Source of the DNA: Wolbachia endosymbiont of Dirofilaria (Dirofilaria) immitis
GTDB lineage: Bacteria; Pseudomonadota; Alphaproteobacteria; Rickettsiales; Anaplasmataceae
NCBI RefSeq assembly: GCF_013365455.1
Contig: NZ_CP046578.1
Coordinates: 750,001 to 782,000 of the forward strand
Direction of reading: 5' to 3'
DNA length: 32,000 bases
Under the pieces are notes generated by a model, which was not told the origin of the DNA, searched no databases, and saw nothing but the letters and a program-made list of their open reading frames with translations. Positions 10,778-19,792 of this stretch are shown piece after piece (position 1 is the stretch's first letter; each line of letters starts with the position of its first letter). The position numbers and the translations under genes are program-made.

Positions 10778-12052
10778 ATGTTGAAAGAACAAGACAAAAT
10801 ATTTACGAACTTAAATGGCAAAGAAACTCCACTGCTCGAAGATGCAAAAAAACGTGGCAGTTGGCAGAAAACAAAAGCACTATTAGATTTAGGATCTGAA
10901 AAGATCATCGATGAAATAAAAAAATCTGGCTTGAGGGGACGAGGAGGTGCAGGTTTTCCGACTGGCCTTAAGTGGAGCTTTATGCTAAAAAAGCCTTCAA
11001 AAGAACAACCAGTATATCTAGTAGTCAACGCAGATGAATCAGAACCTGGTACATGCAAAGACAGAGGTATATTGAGATATGAGCCACATAAATTACTTGA
11101 AGGAATTCTCCTAGCTGGCAAAGCGATCAACGCATCAGCTGCATATATCTATATCAGAGGTGAATTTTACAACGAGTATTTAGTTTTAAAAAAAGCACTT
11201 GAGGAAGCTTATAAAGAAGGCTTAATTGGGAAAAATGCCTGCAAATCAGGTTATGATCTTGATATATTTATCCATAGGGGTGCAGGAGCCTACATATGCG
11301 GGGAAGAAACAGCTCAGCTTGAATCAATCGAAGGGAAAAAAGGCTTCCCTCGTATAAAGCCTCCATTTCCTGCAGGTATTGGACTTTTTGGCTGCCCAAC
11401 TACAATAAACAACGTTGAAACTATAGCTATGGTTCCAGATATTTTGCGTCGAGGAGGAGGGTGGTTTATGTCTCTTGGTAAGCCAAATAATACCGGCACT
11501 AAGATCTTTAGTATTTCAGGACATGTAAATAATCCATGCAATGTTGAAGAAGAGCTCGGAATTCCACTACGTGAACTAATTGAAAGATACGCAGGCGGAG
11601 TGCAAGGAGGTTGGGATAATTTACTTGCTGTAATACCTGGTGGATCTTCAATGCCATTAATTCCAAAATCTATATGTGACACTGTTGAAATGGATTTTGA
11701 TTCATTAAGAGCTGTACAGTCAGGGCTTGGAACTGCTGCTGTAATAGTGATGGACAAATCAACTGACATAATAGCTGCAATAGAGAGATTATCGCACTTC
11801 TATATGCACGAATCATGTGGGCAATGTACACCATGTCGTGAAGGTACTGGATGGATATGGAGAATTATGAAAAGGATGGTAACAGGAGAGATCAAACCTG
11901 GTGAAATAGATAAGCTACTCGATCTTACAACTCAAATAGAAGGGCATACAATTTGTGCATTAGGTGACGCTGCAGCTTGGCCAGTTCAAGGACTAATAAG
12001 ACATTTCCGTCATTTAATTGAAGGAAGAGCAAAATTAGCAGATGTTATATAA
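10778..12052 (+). CDS. nuoF: NADH-quinone oxidoreductase subunit F (NADH/FMN-binding 51-kDa subunit)
   Basis: 424 aa. It has [18 protein letters not shown] (NADH/FMN site), [12 protein letters not shown], and the [4Fe-4S] N3 motif [12 protein letters not shown]...C. No neighbouring nuo genes. Confidence 0.95.
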   Translation: MLKEQDKIFTNLNGKETPLLEDAKKRGSWQKTKALLDLGSEKIIDEIKKSGLRGRGGAGFPTGLKWSFMLKKPSKEQPVYLVVNADESEPGTCKDRGILRYEPHKLLEGILLAGKAINASAAYIYIRGEFYNEYLVLKKALEEAYKEGLIGKNACKSGYDLDIFIHRGAGAYICGEETAQLESIEGKKGFPRIKPPFPAGIGLFGCPTTINNVETIAMVPDILRRGGGWFMSLGKPNNTGTKIFSISGHVNNPCNVEEELGIPLRELIERYAGGVQGGWDNLLAVIPGGSSMPLIPKSICDTVEMDFDSLRAVQSGLGTAAVIVMDKSTDIIAAIERLSHFYMHESCGQCTPCREGTGWIWRIMKRMVTGEIKPGEIDKLLDLTTQIEGHTICALGDAAAWPVQGLIRHFRHLIEGRAKLADVI

Positions 12053-12544
12053 GAACGTTGTAGCTACAGGAATAAATTAAGCACAAAAACTATTCAGTAA
12101 ACTTTACTCTTATAAGTCAAATGATAAAAGTGTAACATAGTTAGCGTTTTATATTCTACTCTTTGTGCTACATGTATTCCATGTCTCTACTAATTTATCT
12201 AGAGAGCTTCCCAGGTTTTTTAGACTAAAGCACACCTATAAGTCATTTAAGGCAGCGTAAAATATCAACTTACAAGATTTTGAAAGAGAGCAAAGGTAAC
12301 TACCTATAAAGTTTCTTTTAATTTCTTTTCTTATTTAGTAAATCTTTCAAATATAAAGCAACCAGTATACAAACATTTGTTTTTATAACAAGTAGCATCA
12401 TTCCAGCACATGATGTTGAAGTCTAGTCTTTATCATGCATCATGCAGACACCTAGTTAAAACTAAGTTTCCTAGATTTTAGTGTCGGACTGCTCGAGGTG
12501 ATATCCTCCAGACAAGTTCAAACCACAATATTTGTATGGTTATA

Positions 12545-13210
12545 CTAGGATAACACAAAAGAAGAAACACTAGACGACCTTACACCTTTTGCCTCAAATT
12601 CACACAAATCATAGATTATGCACGTTGCACACGATGGTTTTTGTGCTTTGCAAGTATATCTACCGTGCAAAACTAGCCAACGATGAGCATAGAATAGGTA
12701 TTTCTTTGGAACTCTATTTAAAAGGGATTGCTCTGTTTTAAATACATCTTTTTCTTTCACAAGTCCAACCCTATTGCTTACTCTAAAAACGTGAGTGTCA
12801 ACCGCCAATGTTGGAATGCCAAGTTCCAAATTCAAGAATACATTAGCACTCTTTCTTCCTACTCCTGGCAAGGACATCAAGTCGTTGAAATTTATAGGAA
12901 CTTTACCATTGTAACGCTCAACTAATATTTCACTAAGCTTAACTATGTTTTTTGCTTTAGAGTTATGTAAACCAATGCTACTTATGCGTTTCTTTAGTTC
13001 ATTTTGCCCAAGAATTAGCATTTTCTCTGGCGTATCAGCAATACTAAACAGCTCCTTTGTGATTTTATTAACACTTACATCAGTTGCACGTGCCGACAAA
13101 ATTATTGCAGCCAGTAATGTAAAACGATTAGTATAATTTAGTTCTACCTTCGGCGTAGGATTTAATTGCCTAAACCTTTCAAATATCAATTCTACTTTTC
13201 TAAAATCCAT
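12545..13210 (-). CDS. nth: endonuclease III (DNA glycosylase/AP lyase)
   Basis: 221 aa. It has the HhH-GPD region LMSLPGVGRKSANVFL, VDTHVFRVSNRVGL (catalytic Asp region) and the C-terminal [4Fe-4S] loop CKAQKPSCATCIIYDLC (C-x6-C-x2-C-x5-C). Confidence 0.93.
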   Translation of the reverse strand: MDFRKVELIFERFRQLNPTPKVELNYTNRFTLLAAIILSARATDVSVNKITKELFSIADTPEKMLILGQNELKKRISSIGLHNSKAKNIVKLSEILVERYNGKVPINFNDLMSLPGVGRKSANVFLNLELGIPTLAVDTHVFRVSNRVGLVKEKDVFKTEQSLLNRVPKKYLFYAHRWLVLHGRYTCKAQKPSCATCIIYDLCEFEAKGVRSSSVSSFVLS

Positions 13211-13274
13211 CCATATAGCTAAAAGCTTATACTACACTGATCATTATATAAATTCAATTCCCTGCAACCTAGAT

Positions 13275-13302
13275 TGCTGTTCAGTGTTAACACTGAACAG
13301 CA
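13275..13302. repeat. 28-nt perfect palindrome (tgctgttcagtgtt|aacactgaacagca), followed on the + strand by a T-tract
   Basis: I checked by hand that the reverse complement of 13275-13288 equals 13289-13302. The centre is GTTAAC. 13303-13316 reads caatttttatttta. The palindrome lies 65-92 nt upstream of the nth start codon, which is on the opposite strand. Confidence 0.9.
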
Positions 13303-14534
13303 CAATTTTTATTTTACCAAAATTCCTTTCAGGAATTCACTCTAGCCACCTCCACAAAATACCTTCTAACAATAAGTATAATAATACCTCATTAATAGTT
13401 TCCGCGTGAATCATACTATTTTAATAAATTAATTCCTTTGTACTCTATCTTTTGAATCTCCTCCTAGCAAATCTTTTGCATATTTTTCAACATATACTCC
13501 CCAATCTTTTAAGAAAACATAAGAAGCCAGAATTCAGAACTTCAATAAATATCGTCATTGCCATACAAATTAAAGAGCTAAGTATACTTATACCTACAAT
13601 AATCTACTAGTAATAAAATTCTCTATAAGTAGACAAACAGAAAAAGCAATGAGAGAATAGTTAAGAAAGAGTTTGCTACCTAGTCCAATATAGTTCATTT
13701 TACCCTTGAATGCATCAATAAAAATTTCACAATTTTCATACCTTTTCATAAACAAATCAGAGACTTTTTTTAATAAAAACATTAAAACCCCGAATAAATA
13801 GTAAAGTATTCTTACATTTCACGAGTTTTAATACTAATGCTCTCTACCTCTCATTAGACTTTAAACTTTCTCTTAGAGGAAAACAATACAATCAAATAAT
13901 TATATGCCTAGCCTTGCCTGATACTAATTTAACTCTTGTGTCAACTTTCTAACTTCTATCACTTTCTTAAAATAACCCTAAGCCCGGACCTTACGAAAAC
14001 TTCTCTATTTAATTAACAAATCAATTACATTTTTTCAAGTCCTTTCAACAAGATGTCTTTACTTTTTTAACGCATACATCAATTTTATACGATTTTTTCC
14101 AGCCACTTCCTTTCCAGTAATACTCAATTTCTCAAATAGCTTCTCCTCATAATGAAATTATAATAAAATTCACGCATTGCTATTGCTAAACCCCTCTTAC
14201 TTTCAGTATTAATACTAACTTTAACGCAAGGGAACCAATAACTCTAAAAGCCTAATGCACCTCTTCAGCTTTTGATAAGCTTTATAAATTCAATCAAATC
14301 TATCCTTATCCCTGCTGCACCAGAGTAATTATAATAACTGATTCTTTATGTTACTTTATAAAAACTACTAAGAACTTAATAATTCCTACCTACAACTTGT
14401 CTAGCTTTTACTCTCGACACATTAAACAAAACATTAACTCCATAAACCTCTAGGTAATTAACTTAAACTGTCAATCTATCAGTACACCCTTATAGAATAT
14501 AGCACTTAAACAGCACACAAGCGGTAAACAATAA

Positions 14535-15965
14535 TTAAACAAAAAAACCTTCTTTCCTATCATATAAATACAACTTATCCATTCTTACTACGTCAAAGCT
14601 GTTTTCTTCAAGTCTAATTAATAAATTATTTATGTCGCCGTTTGTAATAGTCCTTCTTTCATTATTCACAATAAACCTACAAGTCACTTGATCACTTAAA
14701 GACTTTGAACTTCCCGGCCAGATTGCAAGTCCTTTTGAATATATTGCTATAACCTTTAGATTACTTAATTCAAATAATTTTATTAATCGATCAAAATCTG
14801 CTGATTTATCCCAGGCAAGTGTTATATCGCTACCAACTAATTCCCTAACTTTGTAATTCTGTTCATAATAATCTTGCGTCTCGCTCGCTTTACTATTATC
14901 TGAATCGCTGCTGACCATAAACTCAGGCAATGTGTTAGGCTTTCTTCCTAAATTACCTACAATAGCTTCTGCAAATTCTTTTGTACCAACTTTCTGTTTA
15001 CTTTTCTCCCTCTTATACAAATCAACAGTATGTATTCCATCTTCTAAGGTCCTCAACCACGCATCGTAAATCAGTTTTGCAGTATCAACTTGACTTATGT
15101 AAATTAGCATATTCACTGCAGCATTTAAAAGTCCAGAAGGATTAGCTATATTCTTTCCTGCAATATCAGGAGCAGAGCCATGAATTGCTTCAAACATTGC
15201 ATATTCACTACCTATATTACTACTTGCAACTAATCCAATAGAACCTGAAATTTGTGCCACTATATCTGATAATATATCGCCATATAAGTTTCCAGTTACT
15301 ATAACATCAAAATTCTCAGGTTCCGTAGCAACACGTGCCATTCCAATATCAACTATATAATGTTCTGCTTTTATATCTTGGTACTTCTTTGCAATGCGAT
15401 CAAATGCTGCACGGAAAGTGCCGTCAGTCATTTTCATTATATTGTCTTTAGTCAAGCAAGTCACTTTCTTTCTATTGTGCTTTTTTGCATACTCAAAAGC
15501 ATATTTACATATCTTCTCTGAGCCGGATCTAGTAACAATTTTAGTGCACTGGTAAGAGTCACCAGTAAGTCTGTACTCTATTCCCGTATAAACGTCTTCT
15601 TCATTTTCGCGTATTATAATAATATCAAACTTACCAAATTTATTTTCTATAATAGGATGATACGAAATGCATGGCCTGACGTTTGCATATAGTCCAAGAC
15701 TTCTTCTGAGTGCAACGTTTAAGCTTTTATGTCCTTTACCTTGAGGAGTTGTTATCGGAGACTTAAGTAATATCTTTGTTCCTTTAATAGATTCCCAGCC
15801 ACTTGGAGAAATTCCGTGAGACCATTTTTTATTATAAACAAGCTTTCCTATTTCAATAATATTCACTGAGATCTTTGCTCCTGCTTCACATAATATCAAC
15901 AGCACTGCTTCCATAATTTCTGGCCCGATACCATCACCATATGCAACTGTAATTGGTGTTGACAT
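14535..15965 (-). CDS. icd: isocitrate dehydrogenase, alphaproteobacterial long form (isocitrate/isopropylmalate dehydrogenase core plus ~130-aa C-terminal extension)
   Basis: 476 aa. It starts with ITVAYGDGIGPEIMEAV and has SLNVALRRSLGLYANVRP (substrate Arg motif), IIRENEEDVYTGIE, and NLYGDILSD...GLVASSNIG...FEAIHGSAPDIAGKNIANP. About aa 345-476 has no counterpart in the standard fold. Confidence 0.9.
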   Translation of the reverse strand: MSTPITVAYGDGIGPEIMEAVLLILCEAGAKISVNIIEIGKLVYNKKWSHGISPSGWESIKGTKILLKSPITTPQGKGHKSLNVALRRSLGLYANVRPCISYHPIIENKFGKFDIIIIRENEEDVYTGIEYRLTGDSYQCTKIVTRSGSEKICKYAFEYAKKHNRKKVTCLTKDNIMKMTDGTFRAAFDRIAKKYQDIKAEHYIVDIGMARVATEPENFDVIVTGNLYGDILSDIVAQISGSIGLVASSNIGSEYAMFEAIHGSAPDIAGKNIANPSGLLNAAVNMLIYISQVDTAKLIYDAWLRTLEDGIHTVDLYKREKSKQKVGTKEFAEAIVGNLGRKPNTLPEFMVSSDSDNSKASETQDYYEQNYKVRELVGSDITLAWDKSADFDRLIKLFELSNLKVIAIYSKGLAIWPGSSKSLSDQVTCRFIVNNERRTITNGDINNLLIRLEENSFDVVRMDKLYLYDRKEGFFV

Positions 15966-18515
15966 AACTTTCCTAATACTAAATGATTCAATGTTAATCT
16001 AAATAACAGAGCAGCACAAGTGGTCAATGTTATCCAGATTAGCAATACAATACCTTATATTACTCAATTATGTCTTTATATTGTACAATTACGTTACAAA
16101 GGTAAGAAGTGGATACTGAAATGAATGTTAAAATCATGTAGGTTTTTAAGGAGAAATTATAGAAAATACCTAACTTAACAACAAAAAACCCTTCAGAAAG
16201 ATAAACAACTAGCAAAAAATACCACTTATAGCTTACACAGCAAGCATAACATTAATATTAACATATTTAAACGCTAATGGCAACAAAACTTAGCCCCCCT
16301 TAAGGGAGAAAACTATTGTGTTGGTACGGATATCAAAAAACACTACTCTAATGCCTAATATAAACACCAACAGGATATCCTTTCCCTAAGGAAAGCATTT
16401 AGACTATTTTAGCTTTCTGTCTCACCTGCACTACCATGGTTATACTCTTCTATATCTTCATAACTAAGCCAATTTTATTTTTGCCTACATTATCTAACCA
16501 ATACAAACAAACATTCTATAATAAATTCACAAATATAGTAGTGATAAATTACAAAACCTAGTAAATACTTTATATATCGTAAAAAAGTGTTAATTTTAGT
16601 TAATAATATTTCTATCATTGCATAAAATATGCCAAATTAATATTTACAAATTTACGATATGGTAAATATAGTCCAGAAAAGTCAAGTTCACTGATTACAT
16701 ATCAAAATGGTACTAACTTAGAGCTCCGATGCTATAACCACATTATCTACATATTAGTCTGTGCCACGATTTTATTAAGGTTTTCTGCTAACTATACTGA
16801 GACAGAAACCTCAGGGTATAAGAAGCCTTTGATAATGTTACTAAGTATAAAAGCTAACTAAAATAATAAAGATTATTAAATAATCAAGAGAAAAGTGATA
16901 AGTTTAATATCAAAGTTGTGCAAAATTCCAACAAGAGTTTTATTATATGCTCTATTTTAGAAAGGACAAAAGGCTCCTTAAAGCTTAGAGATACCGAAAA
17001 GCAGTTATTTTTTTAACTAAGCTACTGTAAAATCCACATATCATAAAAATGCTTTAATCAGAATTAGAAACACTTATTACTCTAATAAAGAAAATACTTC
17101 AGGCAACTTTTATACACTATAAATTTTTTTGACGACAATTTTATAACACAATCCTGATCTAGGGCTAAGTAAAATGTTGAAATTACATGATGTACACAAA
17201 AACTGTGCCCTTCTATTAGGAGAAGATATTTAGGTTAGACTCACATAAAAAAGAAGGTTATACAAAGGTTAAGGAAGTATATGTCAACATTGATAGCTGC
17301 AATTTCTTCTGACCAAGACAATATTTTTATATATCTATAATCTAGCTATTACTCTAGGCAAGCTTTCAGATTTTTAAAATACCACAACATCCTACTTATA
17401 GCCTTTGAATACGGTAGCAAATCTAAAAAAATACAAGTGTGAGATACCACACACTTAATATAGAGGCAAAAACAAATTTATAAAGCTTTATATAGTACTT
17501 AACAATTCCATAAACCTTACATTATCTCAGCCATTCTAGCCAAAACATCATAAACTTAAAAAAAAGTAAATTATTATAAAGCAGTATATCTCTAAAAATA
17601 CAATACAGCTAAAGTATAGCCAACAGATATTAAAAGCAACTTATCAACCTAAGTTACCAAATATGACAACAAGACAACTATAAAACCTATTCTAGGTTTC
17701 TTTAATAAATTAGACAAACTATTTTCATCTATTAAAAGGGAAAATACCTGCAGAAAATACTGAGATGCAATTTACAGATAATCAACATAATTATGCTAAA
17801 ACAGATGGCTTTATAGATAATAATCAACTAACAGTGCTACTCTAATAACAAAGAGCTTAGATATATACCCAAGCAAACCTTGCTACAAAACAAGAAACAA
17901 AAAAAATAAAATGACAAGCCCATTTATGAGAAAAATAAATTTTTTCAAAGATAATAAACACAATTATGAAAAATAGATCCTTCCAAAAAAAGGTAACAAT
18001 TTACCTAATAGCAATTATTACCCTATATAGAAAATGTGCAACATAATAAAGCCTATATATGAGCGCGGAAGAGTGTAAACATAGAAAAGATTAATTATTA
18101 ATCAAAGCAAAAGTTCTATCTGCATATACTAAAGTAAACCTCACTGTGAAAAGATCGAAAAGGAAAATAAAATCTATAACAACTAATTTTGACACTTACC
18201 ACGAATTGATAAAGGATAGAAAAAACAAATAAATATAAGTCATAAACTAATATAATAACAGGTCAAAAAGAGAAGTTGCAGACCAACACTAAAAAAACTG
18301 TTACACTATAATATAAAAGAGTAAAACAGAAAATATAAACAAGACTATATAACTTCAACACAAAAATGGAACAATTAAGAGTAGCTGTTTTTTATTAAGC
18401 AGAAATTAAAAAATGCAAGTCATTATAATAAAACATATTTACAAAGCAAATACTTTTGGTAAGTAAATGAACCTTGCATTTTATTTAGTTATTGATATTC
18501 TGAGTATAAAGAAGC

Positions 18516-18589
18516 CGGGGCATAGCGCAGTCTGGTAGCGCATTTGGTTTGGGACCAAAGGGTCGGGAGTTCAAATCTCTCTGCCCCGA
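18516..18589 (+). tRNA. tRNA-Pro (anticodon UGG)
   Basis: Hand-folded cloverleaf of 74 nt. The acceptor stem is CGGGGCA/TGCCCCG with C1-G72 and A73. The D stem is GCGC/GCGC. The anticodon stem is TTTGG/CCAAA with loop TTTGGGA (UGG, G37). The T arm is GGGAG-TTCAAAT-CTCTC. No encoded CCA. Confidence 0.93.
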
Positions 18590-18798
18590 CTCTCTATACT
18601 AATTTTTGAACACCCCCAAAAGCTCTGTCAAGAGATTACCTTAATTAGGTACACACCACACCTTTTATTATATATTCATATTAGGTCAACGACTCATGAT
18701 TGCCCACTAACACATATTTCATGGCATATGTTCCTAAATAATTTTACAAGATATTGACCATTAGATAACATAATCAAAACTTTTTCTTAATATTCACT

Positions 18799-19776
18799 AT
18801 GGTTAGAGCTGTACAAATTAAAAGAACTGGAGGAATAGAAGTATTAGAATTCATTGATATAAACATAGATGATCCAAAGGATGAAGAAGCTTTAGTGCGC
18901 CACACAGCTATTGGTTTAAATCGCTATGACCTAGAACATAGAAAAGGAATTCGCAAAACTAAAAACTTGCCTTCGATACTTGGAGTAGAAGCAGTTGGGG
19001 TTGTTGAAAAGCTTGGTAAAAAAATAAGTAATGGTTTACAGATTGGAGATAGAGTTGGATACTGTACAGCCCCAATAGGGGCATATTGCGAAAGACGCAT
19101 CATACACCAAAAATATTTGATAAAGATTCCAGACAAAATACCAGACGAAATCGTAGCTGCAGTGCTATTCAAAGGTATGACAGCTCACTATTTAGTTAAC
19201 CAATCTTATAAAATAAAACCTGGTGCTGTTGTGCTTGTACATGGAGCTAATGGTGGGATAGGACAGATATTATGCCAATGGGCAAGTGATAAAAAAGGAA
19301 TAGTAATAGGTTCCGTAAGCTCTGACGAAAAAATGAAGATAGCTTTACAGAATGGTTGCACATACGCGATAAATTACCATGATGAAAACTTCGTTTTCAA
19401 GATTATGAAGATTACACAAAATAAAGGAGTGGGTGCAGTATATGATCCTATAGGCTATGCTACAAGCAAGCTTTCTTTCAAATCTTTAGGAAAGTTTGGC
19501 ATATATGTTTCCTACGGACAGATATCAGGCAACTTTTCTATTAGCTTTTCTTTACTCAGTTCACGTTCATTATTTGCCACAGGAACATCAATATATCATT
19601 ATAAGCACAATAGATTTACACTACTACTCACTGCAATGGAAATCTTTGAGATGATAAGAAAAAAACTTTTGACTGTAAGGATTAACAGAAAATACAAATT
19701 TGATGAAATAATAGAAGCTCATCTTGATATGGAAAATAGAAAAGTCAGTGGATTAAATATTATAAAACTCCCTTAA
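18799..19776 (+). CDS. qor: NADPH:quinone oxidoreductase / zeta-crystallin-like medium-chain dehydrogenase
   Basis: 325 aa. The GroES-like N-domain is GLNRYDLEHRKG...LPSILGVEAVGVVEKLG. The nucleotide-binding motif is VLVHGANGGIGQIL. There are no zinc-ligand cysteines, as in Qor-type MDR proteins. Confidence 0.8.
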   Translation: MVRAVQIKRTGGIEVLEFIDINIDDPKDEEALVRHTAIGLNRYDLEHRKGIRKTKNLPSILGVEAVGVVEKLGKKISNGLQIGDRVGYCTAPIGAYCERRIIHQKYLIKIPDKIPDEIVAAVLFKGMTAHYLVNQSYKIKPGAVVLVHGANGGIGQILCQWASDKKGIVIGSVSSDEKMKIALQNGCTYAINYHDENFVFKIMKITQNKGVGAVYDPIGYATSKLSFKSLGKFGIYVSYGQISGNFSISFSLLSSRSLFATGTSIYHYKHNRFTLLLTAMEIFEMIRKKLLTVRINRKYKFDEIIEAHLDMENRKVSGLNIIKLP

Positions 19777-19792
19777 GGGAAGAGATCCTATT

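Noticed and set aside
10768-11769. ORFs 10768-11130 (-) and 11314-11769 (-, 151 aa) antisense to nuoF
   Set aside because: The 151-aa ORF is long, but it is Ser/Pro-rich, which is typical of the antisense frame of a relatively GC-rich conserved gene. nuoF motifs occupy the + frame throughout.
12728-13136. ORFs 12728-12925 (+) and 12945-13136 (+) antisense to nth
   Set aside because: These are shadow ORFs without motifs. I mention them only because the + strand terminator-like palindrome at 13275 lies downstream of them. That does not make them coding.
13594-13782. 62-aa minus-strand ORF with one hydrophobic segment in the icd-nth spacer
   Set aside because: It is barely above the threshold, with no SD or homology I can recognise. 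It could be a fragment of a decayed gene, but it cannot be called.
13980-13992. The minus-strand string aaggtccgggctt resembles the RNase P RNA motif GGAAAGTCCGGGCT and the AGGUCCGG core of SRP RNA.
   Set aside because: The flanking sequence is AT-rich, with none of the other conserved helices or motifs (no ACAGAA or CCGGCTTA-type elements, no GNRA-capped helix). I judge it a chance 12-13-mer. An Infernal scan would settle it.
16028-17036. DnaA-box-like 9-mers (ttatccaga at about 16030, aaatccaca at about 17027; also ccatccaca at about 30200)
   Set aside because: Each has one or two mismatches to TTATCCACA. They are not clustered, and the sampled intergenic lines on both sides are C>=G (no visible sign change), so there is no evidence for an origin.
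18474-18501. Sigma70-like TTGCAT-16 nt-TATTCT upstream of tRNA-Pro
   Set aside because: It is plausible as a promoter, but -10-like hexamers are everywhere in DNA this AT-rich. I cannot separate it from background without TSS data.
18924-19172. ORF 18924-19172 (-) antisense to qor; likewise 25200-25451 (-) in nrdB, 27426-27620 and 27939-28157 (+) in secA, and 30526-30741 and 31405-31605 (+) in sucB
   Set aside because: All are antisense shadows inside confidently identified genes.
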